Below are positions 1 through 10,063 of a stretch of DNA of 41,187 nucleotides, one piece after another (within the stretch, counting starts at the first letter, position 1; each line of letters opens with the position of its first letter). The stretch is taken from contig UYFQ01000541.1 of assembly GCA_900617105.1 (NCBI GenBank), forward strand, positions 62,001 to 103,187, written 5' to 3'. Under the pieces are notes generated by a model, which was not told where the DNA came from, ran no database searches, and was given only the letters and a program-made list of their open reading frames with translations. The position numbers were made by a program, and so were the translations under genes. The DNA comes from Hydrurus foetidus (lineage: Eukaryota).

Positions 1-2440
1 ATTTTGAGGAGAAACTTTGCTTGAATCTCGATTATAAGTGGCATCTTTCATCTAGAGCGGATTCTGGAACTACAAATTATTTCTATAGCGGCAATTAGAA
101 GTTAGGCACAAAGTTGAACGATGAAATTTACCTGTTTTAGACAAACACGAAATACTGATATGCTTATTTGGAATTGTCGGTTATTTAATGACGCATGTGT
201 TTTATATTTTAGGAAGTGAAAAATGGACTCAATTTATTTTCTGAAGGAAATGGTAGTTTCCTTTGGTTTGAACTTAAGTCGCAGCAAGCTTTACACTTTT
301 TTCTTAGACCCAACTCGGGGTTATTTACGCTTTTGGCTGGAAATATACATTATTATCGCTAATTGCACCATTTAGACGACTAGAATCTCCATTGTTTCGA
401 AATTGTCAGCTATTCAACAACGTAAATAATTTTGTGTTTATCACTTTTTGGATTTTGAGGAGAAACTTTGCTTGAATCTCGATTATAAGTGGCATCTTTC
501 ATCTAGAGCGGATTCTGGAACTACAAATTATTTCTATAGCGGCAATTAGAAGTTAGGCACAAAGTTGAACGATGAAATTTACCTGTTTTAGACAAACACG
601 AAATACTGATATGCTTATTTGGAATTGTCGGTTATTTAATGACGCATGTGTTTTATATTTTAGGAAGTGAAAAATGGACTCAATTTATTTTCTGAAGGAA
701 ATGGTAGTTTCCTTTGGTTTGAACTTAAGTCGCAGCAAGCTTTACACTTTTTCTTAGACCCAACTCGGGGTTATTTACGCTTTTGGCTGGAAATATACAT
801 TATTATCGCTAATTGCACCATTTAGACGACTAGAATCTCCATTGTTTCGAAATTGTCAGCTATTCAACAACGTAAATAATTTTGTGTTTATTACTTTTTG
901 GATTTTGAGGAGAAACTTTGCTTGAATCTCGATTATAAGTGGCATCTTTCATCTAGAGCGGATTCTGGAACTACAAATTATTTCTATAGCGGCAATTAGA
1001 AGTTAGGCACAAAGTTGAACGATGAAATTTACCTGTTTTAGACAAACACGAAATACTGATATGCTTATTTGGAATTGTCGGTTATTTAATGACGCATGTG
1101 TTTTATATTTTAGGAAGTGAAAAATGGACTCAATTTATTTTCTGAAGGAAATGGTAGTTTCCTTTGGTTTGAACTTAAGTCGCAGCAAGCTTTACACTTT
1201 TTTCTTAGACCCAACTCGGGGTTATTTACGCTTTTGGCTGGAAATATACATTATTATCGCTAATTGCACCATTTAGACGACTAGAATCTCCATTGTTTCG
1301 AAATTGTCAGCTATTCAACAACGTAAATAATTTTGTGTTTATTACTTTTTGGATTTTGAGGAGAAACTTTGCTTGAATCTCGATTATAAGTGGCATCTTT
1401 CATCTAGAGCGGATTCTGGAACTACAAATTATTTCTATAGCGGCAATTAGAAGTTAGGCACAAAGTTGAACGATGAAATTTACCTGTTTTAGACAAACAC
1501 GAGATACTGATATGCTTATTTGGAATTGTCGGTTATTTAATGACGCATGTGTTTTATATTTTAGGAAGTAAAAAATGGACTCAATTTATTTTCTGAAGGA
1601 AATGGTAGTTTCCTTTGGTTTGAACTTAAGTCGCAGCAAGCTTTACACTTTTTTCTTAGACCCAACTCGGGGTTATTTACGCTCTTGCCTGGAAATATAC
1701 ATTATTATCGCTAATTGCACCATTTAGACGACTAGAATCTCCATTGCTTCGAAATTGTCAGCTATTCAACAACGTAAATAATTTTGTGTTTATTACTTTT
1801 TGGATTTTGAGGAGAAACTTTGCTTGAATCTCGATTGTGAGTGGCATCTTTCATCTAGAGTGGATTCTGGAACTACAAATTATTTTTATAGCGGCAATTA
1901 GAAGTTAGGCACAAAGTTGAACGATGAAATTTACCTGTCTAGACAAACACGAGATACTGGTATGCTTATTTGGAATTGTCGGTTATTTAATGACGCATGT
2001 GTTTTATATTTTAGGAAGTAAAAAATGGACTCAATTTATTTTCTGAAGGAAATGGTAGTTTCCTTTGGTTTGAACTTAAGTCGCAGCAAGCTTTACACTT
2101 TTTTCTTAGACCCAACTCGGGGTTATTTACGCTCTTGCCTGGAAATATACATTATTATCGCTAATTGCACCATTTAGACGACTAGAATCTCCATTGCTTC
2201 GAAATTGTCAGCTATTCAACAACGTAAATAATTTTGTGTTTATTACTTTTTGGATTTTGAGGAGAAACTTTGCTTGAATCTCGATTGTGAGTGGCATCTT
2301 TCATCTAGAGTGGATTCTGGAACTACAAATTATTTTTATAGCGGCAATTAGAAGTTAGGCACAAAGTTGAACGATGAAATTTACCTGTCTAGACAAACAC
2401 GAAATACTGATATGCTTATTTGGAATTGTCAGTTATTCAA
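1..2440. repeat. Tandem array of ~450-451 bp units, ~5.4 copies (probably truncated by window start)
   Basis: ATTTTGAGGAGAAACTTTGC recurs at 1, 452, 902, 1353, 1804 and 2254. Units are nearly identical, and similarity ends near 2440. Confidence 0.98.
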
Positions 2441-2717
2441 GTAGATGCTTTACATTTTGGGAGTTAGACTGTTCGTTGAGTAGAAACGGCTCTTTTGGAC
2501 CTTGAAAGCTTTTGTTCGAGTCTTACGGACTGGACTCTCATCGTGAGAAAAAGTACGTTTTGGGTGCTGTTTTTTTTTGTGACGGTTAAAAGTTAGACAT
2601 AAAATCTAATTCGAACTTAATGGTTACTACTTTGACCTCGACTAGATACTGCAAGACGGGAAACGTCGACATCTTAATATTAAATAGACCTCTCATTTTG
2701 ATACGACTGTAAGATTT

Positions 2718-3719
2718 ATGCTTAGAATTGCACTTTTAATTATTTTTATGTTCAGCGCGGTAACTATGTCCTCTCTTCTTGGGGACTCTCGACAGTTCGA
2801 GATTAAGCTTCTAGGAATTTTGTGTGCTCCTCTTTTCGGGTCAGCATTAGTGCTGACTGGAGGGAGAAGCATGGCAAGATTTTCAAATGTAATCTCTATT
2901 GGCCTGCTGGGTTACTCCCTGTTAGGATGTACATGGCTTTGGGGTCGAATCCCCGAGGATGTCATGTACCAGATATCTACAGAATCTTCGGATATCGGGA
3001 TTCTGTACCTGGATTTATGGGACAGGGGGGTAAAACTCAGCCTAGCCTTTAAGTTTGGTAGAGTCGAGGTAATCCTTTTTGGGATTATAAATACAATTGC
3101 GGTGGTAGCTTGTGGGTACCTGTCAGTAGGGCACCACTCAAAGTTTTGGGAGGTGGCCATCGTGATTCCTCTGGGGGCTTTTGCAGCGGCGCAGGCAGTT
3201 GTGGGATATAATTTCCTACAGGTCCTGGTGGGGTTTCAGGTGTTCTCATTATGCCTTACGGCCTTTTTGTCTGAGGGGTTAGGGCATCCTCCACGAGAGA
3301 AGTTTGCAGGCGGAGTTGAAATACTTTTCGTGTGTTTTGCTCAACACTCGTGGGAGGTGTTTTACTCTCTCGACTACGGGGAGATCATTTACATAGCGCC
3401 ACTCCGGACGGACCCTTTGCCGCTTCTACATGTTTCGCCTGTAGATATTCTCGCGGCGTGTCTACTTTTCTCAGTGGTGGATCTACTTACGAGTATCCTA
3501 CAGGGAGCTGTAAGAATGGGAAAGGCTGTTCGTGCGGGAAAGGATCCGGAAGTACTTGTCGAAGCCGCATTTTTTGTTAGGATGGCTTTGTTATGTTTTC
3601 TCTCACTCCTCCAGGTGTGGCAGCTAAAGCGAGCATTACTGCTTTCTGGCCTTCTGGGGGGGTGGGTTTTCAAATTGATCGTGATGATAGAATTTGCTTG
3701 CTCGTTGTTTTTTCGTTAA
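2718..3719 (+). CDS. 333-aa multi-pass membrane protein; diverged paralogue of the Nad5 N-terminal half
   Basis: Intact ATG..TAA ORF. Collinear motif matches to this genome's Nad5: PLFG..GGR/PLLG..FGR, MYQIS/MYKMS, NFLQVLVGFQ/NFLQMFVGWE, FYSLDY/FGSLDY, LVEAA/LIHAA. Confidence 0.8.
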   Translation: MLRIALLIIFMFSAVTMSSLLGDSRQFEIKLLGILCAPLFGSALVLTGGRSMARFSNVISIGLLGYSLLGCTWLWGRIPEDVMYQISTESSDIGILYLDLWDRGVKLSLAFKFGRVEVILFGIINTIAVVACGYLSVGHHSKFWEVAIVIPLGAFAAAQAVVGYNFLQVLVGFQVFSLCLTAFLSEGLGHPPREKFAGGVEILFVCFAQHSWEVFYSLDYGEIIYIAPLRTDPLPLLHVSPVDILAACLLFSVVDLLTSILQGAVRMGKAVRAGKDPEVLVEAAFFVRMALLCFLSLLQVWQLKRALLLSGLLGGWVFKLIVMIEFACSLFFR

Positions 3720-3721
3720 AT

Positions 3722-5035
3722 AATGTGAGTTTGATCCTGGCTCAGAGTGAACGCTTGCGGTATACTTAACACATGCGAGTTAGACGCATTTTGAGTATGC
3801 GTAGCGGACGGGTGAGTATGGTGGGAGAATTTGCCTTAAAGTTTTGAACAACTATATTTCGTCGAGAAAGAGTCTTTTGAGTAATTTTTGAGTTGCAGAA
3901 GTTAATGCAAGTTAGGTACATAACCGCTTTTAAGATGAGCTTTTATAGGATTAGGTTGTTGGTGAGGTAGAAGCTCCAACCAAGCCTGCGATCCTTAGCT
4001 GGTCTGGGAGGATGGTCAGTCACACTGGGACTGAGACAAGGCCCAGGCTTATAGCCAGCAGTGGGGAATCTTGGACAATGAGCGAAAGCTTGATCCAGTA
4101 ATATTGCGTGAATGAGGAAAGCAAAAAAGATTTGTTTGTGTTAAAGCTTAGGAATCGGTTGTAAAGTTCTGTCACTGACAAAGATTATGACTAGTCAGAG
4201 AAGAAGCTCCGGCTAACTTCGTGCCAGCAGCCGCGGTAATACGAAGGGGGCAAGCGTTATTCGGAATGATTGGGCGTAAAGAGTTCGTAGGTCGTCGATT
4301 CGGTTATTCATAAAAGACTAGATTCATCGTTTAGAAATGTGCTTAAAACTAAATTTACTTGAGTGGGGTAGAAGATTACAGAATTTTGAGAGTAGGGTTG
4401 GAATCCGCGAACTTTTTAAGGAATGTCAGTGGCGGAAGCGGTTATCTAGGCCTTTTACTGACGCTGAGGGACGAAAGCGTAGGGATCAAACGGGATTAGG
4501 TACCCCGGTAGTCTACGCCGTCAAATATGAGTGTTAACGTTGGGAAAGTTCTCGGCGTACAGCTAACGCGTCAAGCACTCCGCCTGGGGAGTACGGTCGC
4601 AAGACTGGAACTCAAAGGAATTGACGGGGGTCTACACAAGTGGTGGAGTATGTGGTTTAATGCGATATTACACGCAAAACCTTACCAGTTTTTGAATATT
4701 GTTCTGTGACTGAATTGATTTGGTCGCGTTTTGAAAGTTGTTTGTTAACTGCTTTGTTTTGGAATTATACAGGTGTTGCATGGCTGTCGTCAGTTCGTGC
4801 CGTGAGGTGTTTGGTTTATTCCTTTAACGAGCGTAACTCTTGTTTTATTTTGGTATCTTCATAGATTAATCTTTGTAAACAACTATTAAGAAACAGCTGG
4901 TGATGAGTCAGAGGAAGGTGAGAATGACGTCAAGCCCTTATGGCCCTTATAGACTGGGCTACACACGTGCTACAATGGTGGGAATAAAGAGTTATACGAT
5001 AGAGTAATTTGAAGTGAATCTTGAAAAACCGCCGT

Positions 5036-5071
<36 letters not shown>

Positions 5072-5305
5072 CGGAATCACAAGTAATCGTAGATCAGCAA
5101 GCTACGGTGAAATTGTACTTAGATCTTGTACACACCGCCCGTCACATGCTGGGAAGGAGCTCCGTTTGAAATGGTTTTTCTCTTTGAAGAATCGTGAACA
5201 TTTTACTGAACGAAATTTTCATTTGAGCCCAAAACTGTCATCTTGGGGTTTGTAACTAGGATGAAGTCGTAACAAGGTAGTCGTACGGGAACGTGCGGCT
5301 GGAAT
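3722..5305 (+). rRNA. rns: Mitochondrial small-subunit rRNA
   Basis: Universal SSU motifs GAGTTTGATCCTGGCTCAG, GTGCCAGCAGCCGCGGTAA, TTGTACACACCGCCCGTCA and AAGTCGTAACAAGGT. Ends are approximate. Confidence 0.98.
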
Positions 5306-6695
5306 AAAAAATTATACTTTATAGCTGTAGGTAAATAGAAAAAAGAATTTGTGAACCAAAAAGCACCAGAAAATGACAAGTATTCAGACCATAAAAGATT
5401 GTACTCTGACCCTTATGGGTGGGTCTTGGCGCATGTGTACCTGAATGTCCGAGTTTTTTTAAACCAGGAGTCCGGTTCTGCTTGTGCGCGTTGAACCTAG
5501 CGTGACACACAGACTTTCTTCACAATCCTTGTCAAAGCAACTCTGATTTGTTTTTTGAGTTTACTTTCCATTACAGTATAAATACCCATCTCGTTAAATA
5601 TAAAAGGCATAATTATCTATAAAAAGCTTGTTCATTTTGTATCTCACATCAATATATCTAGTTATTTGAGAGACCTAAATATTGAACTCGTCTTTGCCTT
5701 AACGGTATAAATTATCTATTTTTAGTTTTGTATTGGTTGTTGATGTCGGCGGCTATACTTTTTTTTATTAGATTCGGGCTTTTTTTAATCTCAGCAGAAA
5801 AGATAAAGAAGACTCAGAAGATAGCTTTTTTGCTTATACATATTTGAGTGTGTCGTAGAAGCACAAGTTTTATAGCGAGCGGTAAGGGTTGAAAAAGGTT
5901 CGTCTATTTTGTCTTCGCTTGAATAACGTCAGTTTGATTTTAGTTTAAGTGAACTATATTCAATACAATGGGTTAAACGTAGTGAACAGATATAAGAAAA
6001 ATTTGCGTTAAAAATTTGAATATACGTAGTTTGTTAGAAGAAAGGGTATTTTGAGTAGTACCCGGGTTGTCGCATGAGTTGAGTTGCAAACTTCTTTCAA
6101 GATGAGTTTTTCCGTGATATCAAAGTGGTTGTGAAAAAAAGTAGAAGCTAAAACAATAGCGCATATGGCTTTTAGAAGTCGAATTGGAAACACAAAGCCG
6201 AAGTTTCAAGTTAGTCTAGAGGAATCTCAATTTTTAATCTCTTCTTGAGGATCACTCTTGAAGCTCATTCAAGTTCTCTGAAATCATGCCATCCTTCTTT
6301 ATTTCAGTTTTTTGAAGCTACAGTTATACATTTTATGAATCGTAAGGCAAAAATGATAAGCTCTCGACTCGTAAGGAATCGTGCGGAATTCTCGGCGGTA
6401 TTGTTAACTCTTTCATAAGTTTTCGGTTGACTTGCGCTTTTTTAGATCTCTAGGGTAGATCTCAAAGTTATTCGGTTTGATACCGCCTTCAAATCAATAC
6501 TTGTCAGAAAATTTGTGAAGTTTAAGTTTATACTTGTTCAAATTTAGAAAATGTATTGTTCATTTGTTTGATTTGTTAACTTTTTGAGAAGAAGTTATTC
6601 ATTAATCCGATTCGAGCTTTGTCTTGTTGAAATAAGTCGTGCTAAACTTGAGGCTTTACGCGAATTTACTGAAATTAGTTAATAAATAAAACCTT

Positions 6696-7274
6696 ATGTA
6701 TTCACCAAAGATGCTAGATCTCAGTTTTACTAATTCACTTTATTTCTCAAATTGTGACTTGATCAATAAAAAGTCTTTGACTTGCGTTAGGACGATGCCG
6801 GGTGTGGACCGGTTGTCAATAAGCGTATCGTCACGTGAAAATAATTCTTCTTCACGAAGTTCGAACGAGTTGGAAGAGTCTTTCTTGTTCCTATACTTGA
6901 TTGAGCTGAGAAAACCTTTGCTATCGTTTAATCGTCGATCAAACGAAATTGACTCTTTTAAGGCAGAACTCATCTTTTCGAAAGAAATCGAAACGAGTTC
7001 CTTTTTCGTTCGTCTTTTTAGCGAGAATAGCAATCAATTGGTCTTTGATAAGCGCTCTAAAAGCATTAATTTTTTTGACCTCAAGAGCAAAATTAACATA
7101 GAGTTTTACGTAGAAATTCGTGAATTTTTGGAAGACAACCGTTTAGATCAAAGACTGAAAAGACTGAATTTTGGTATACAAACTTTCTTTAAGGGCTACG
7201 GTTTAGACCTGGAAAGTAAGGGTTTTAGTAAAGAGCTCGCACAAAACACTTCGTTTTTTTGGATGGGTCGATAG
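6696..7274 (+). CDS. rpl5: Ribosomal protein L5 (divergent, diatom type)
   Basis: 192-aa ORF. N-terminal DLINK...P.V.RLSI resembles the mitochondrial L5 start (DLINK...IPKL.KI.L), and the size fits. Confidence 0.65.
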   Translation: MYSPKMLDLSFTNSLYFSNCDLINKKSLTCVRTMPGVDRLSISVSSRENNSSSRSSNELEESFLFLYLIELRKPLLSFNRRSNEIDSFKAELIFSKEIETSSFFVRLFSENSNQLVFDKRSKSINFFDLKSKINIEFYVEIREFLEDNRLDQRLKRLNFGIQTFFKGYGLDLESKGFSKELAQNTSFFWMGR

Positions 7275-7280
7275 CCGCTT

Positions 7281-7346
7281 AAAGTGTTGGCTTAAAAGAT
7301 TAATGATTTTAATTAGTAATTGTGAGTTCGAACCTCACATTATTTT
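7281..7346 (+). pseudogene. Degenerate tRNA-like remnant
   Basis: Perfect T-arm GTGAG-TTCGAAC-CTCAC at 7322-7338, but no good acceptor, D or anticodon stems. Confidence 0.35.
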
Positions 7347-7781
7347 TCATAAGGGTTTCAACTATATCGCAGAATAACTATAGATAAATATCCCTTTATT
7401 GAAATAAGAATAAAAGAAATCATTCGTGAGTTGTTAGAAAGAGATTATCTAGATTCAGGTTGTTACTTTATAAGTTCCCTTAGGAGTCGTAATTCAAGAT
7501 TGAAAGGTAGAAATTAAAGTCAATGATTTGTATTAAACCTTCAGCTTTTTCGACAAGTCGGCTTTAGCGCTTGAAGGGGTTAGTATTAAAGATTAATATA
7601 TTTTAAACAGTGAGTCTGACTTTTATTTTATCTTTCACAAAAAAGGTTCCAGTTGTCTAAAGAAAGAACGAGAGATGACATACTCCAAACACGATAAAAA
7701 GCGCTGAGTCTTAAGAAGATAAGTCTTTAATAGTTTTGTTTCTAGTGATTAGCGTTTGAAAAAAGGGTGAGTAAGTTCGTT

Positions 7782-7867
7782 GGACAGGTTGCTGAGTGGT
7801 TTAAAGCGTTAGTTTTGAAAACTAATGTATTTTCTAAATACCGTGAGTTCGAATCTCACCCTGTCCT
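7782..7867 (+). tRNA. trnS: tRNA-Ser(UGA)
   Basis: Acceptor GGACAGG/CCTGTCC, anticodon arm TTAGT-TTTGAAA-ACTAA, long variable arm, T-arm GTGAG-TTCGAAT-CTCAC. Confidence 0.95.
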
Positions 7868-7876
7868 TTTTTAATT

Positions 7877-8002
7877 ATGAAAAAAACCGCAGTTAGGCGT
7901 TTAAAAAAAAAACAAGAAAAAGAGATTTATGTCTATAATTATGATTATAGATACGACTACAGGTACTTGTACAAATACAAGTACAAGTACCGGTACCATT
8001 AG
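7877..8002 (+). other. 41-codon small ORF over a degenerate hexamer (TAYNNN) repeat; Lys-rich then alternating Tyr
   Basis: Translates MKKTAVRRLKKKQEKEIYVYNYDYRYDYRYLYKYKYKYRYH*. Confidence 0.3.
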
Positions 8003-8778
8003 TTTTAAAAAAAACTGTAAGTCGTGAAGATATCCAATGGGTTTGAATCCCTATCACGCATGTCTATTTTTTTATAAAAATCAACCCTTTTCTTTTCTAC
8101 TTGGTTCTTTTTATCTTGATGATAAATGTTTACGAGGCTTTTTGCACAAGATATTATAATGAAGTGCTTTTTCTTCTAAATAAACACGTTTCTTAAAATG
8201 TGGCCTACTTTTAGGCCCATTACTTTCTTGCAAAAAAGCTTTATAGTAAGCATGTGTACTTTTAAAAAGTTGCGGAGTTTTGCTTTTGTTGGTTGCAATT
8301 AAAATGGTGCGAAAAGTCAATGACTAGTTTTTCAGAATGGGTTAGAAATTTGAAAAGATAATGTGTTCTTTGAATCTCAATTTGTATAGAAAGAATATGC
8401 ACTTGAATCTTATCATCTCTATAAAAGTAGGTACACAACTACGTATTTATGACAATGACTTATGTAAAATTGTTTTCTTTTGTTAGGAACATCGACCTTT
8501 AACTGCTTAGTCACTGTATGTCAGATTTGCTTTGTTGAAGATCAACTTTTATTAGGCAGGTTAAAGCATGCGCTAAAGAATCTTTTTTAGCATGAGTTAG
8601 AAGACGAGGTAAGAAATTATGATCTTTCTGAAAGCAAGCCTTTGGTTTTGAACCAACGGACTAGACTATCTTTTTAGGTTTTCAAAGAACATTTACTTGT
8701 AGTTTGGCAAGTATAGAATAAACGTAAAATCTGAATGTTAGATGCATAAACGTAAACCCCATTACCAACCTTCAATTG

Positions 8779-8851
8779 GAGTGTGTAATTCAATTGGTAG
8801 AATATGTCGCTCATAACGGTAGAGTCGTAGGTTCGAATCCTGCCACACTCA
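8779..8851 (+). tRNA. tRNA with CAU anticodon (Ile-lysidine type or elongator Met; not initiator-like)
   Basis: Acceptor GAGTGTG/CACACTC, anticodon loop CTCATAA, T-arm GTAGG-TTCGAAT-CCTGC. G1-C72 is paired and the anticodon stem has no GGG/CCC. Confidence 0.9.
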
Positions 8852-8865
8852 AAAAGAGCCATAGA

Positions 8866-9642
8866 TCAGCTCGAATTGGAAATGTTTTTGTTCGCCTGTT
8901 GAATATTTATATACTTTTTTGTTTTTAGTGTGATTATTCGTGACATAACTGTAAATTGTAGAAAACTCCAAAGCATTAACACTCCTAATGATTGACTGAT
9001 CAAGTCAGAGGAACCGCAGATGGCTATTAGTGTCAGGTTGAATAAAAAAAAAAGCTTTTTCCATTGTAATAGAATCTTTAGATGTTGAAAATTCAGTAAA
9101 GAGTGTAGTACAACTATTAAGATAAAACAAACGTTTATTGTATACAAAAGAGTTTCAAGGAAGTGAATATAATCTTTGATTTTTAGTTCTAAAAAAAACT
9201 TTAATGTGCTCCTGTTGGAATTTTCATTGAAAGATTCAAAGAAGCTCCAGCAATTCGGAAATATCAAAATTAGGAACAAAAAATTCAAGAAGTAGAGAGT
9301 ACCTGTTGTTATTTTTATCATCGTGTTTAATCTATCAAACTCAAAGCGTTTCAGACTAGAGCTTGAGAAATCTATTAAGTGCCACAATACTAGATGGAAA
9401 GTTAGTATGAATGTAAAATGAAAAACAACGAGAAAATACGTTGTGAATAGTTCTGAAGGGTGGGTATATATGAAATAGTCCGCTCCTATGTTGAAATAAT
9501 CTTTTCTTGAATTTGAGCTGAGTGAGTTGAAAGTTAATAAAAAAAGAAGTAGACCTTTATGGTTGTAACATAAACCTGTTAGAATAAAACCCGATAAAAA
9601 AAAGAATTGCGCGCGAAAAGAAATTTCTTTTAGATAAAACAT
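8866..9642 (-). CDS. tatC: Twin-arginine translocase subunit TatC
   Basis: 258-aa hydrophobic ORF with YLKEI.FR start, FIYTHPSELFTTY and LELKI.DY motifs typical of mitochondrial TatC. Confidence 0.9.
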   Translation of the reverse strand: MFYLKEISFRAQFFFLSGFILTGLCYNHKGLLLFLLTFNSLSSNSRKDYFNIGADYFIYTHPSELFTTYFLVVFHFTFILTFHLVLWHLIDFSSSSLKRFEFDRLNTMIKITTGTLYFLNFLFLILIFPNCWSFFESFNENSNRSTLKFFLELKIKDYIHFLETLLYTINVCFILIVVLHSLLNFQHLKILLQWKKLFFLFNLTLIAICGSSDLISQSLGVLMLWSFLQFTVMSRIITLKTKKYINIQQANKNISNSS

Positions 9643-10063
9643 AAAGATGATTTAGACACATGATTAATTTTGACGTTGGATTTTTAGGCTAAGATCCAAC
9701 TTCAGTTCATGATAAATTCATCATTAGCTTTTCAAAATAAAATATTCCTTTCCACCTTAGGTTAAACAACACATTTAGAAGACGAATTAGAACCGTTTTA
9801 TCGAAGCCCAAAAAGGTCTAGGGATTTGCTTTAAGACTTAACAATGGATACATAGTCAGCATTTTAACTAAAATCAACGTTCTAACTTCAAGACTCGAAC
9901 ATAGGTAAGATTACATTGTTTAAACTTAGACTTGAATTTTATTAAATGTCAAGTGTCACAGTACCAAATGCAAATCTATCACGAAAGTAGAATAAAAAGC
10001 AACGAGGAGTTATGCTACGCATAATTCGCACATAAGATGGTTTGTTTTTGAGTCGGAAAATGG

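Noticed and set aside
120..245. Short hydrophobic plus-strand frame in the 450-bp repeat (EILICLFGIVGYLMTHVFYIL)
   Set aside because: No start codon ahead of the hydrophobic segment and bounded by TGA stops; expected in T-rich sequence.
1..2440. CRISPR array or repeat-spacer system
   Set aside because: Units are full-length ~450-bp near-identical copies with no unique spacers, and no cas-like ORF is present.
4337..4709. Short ORFs at 4337-4537 and 4527-4709
   Set aside because: They lie inside the SSU rRNA gene.
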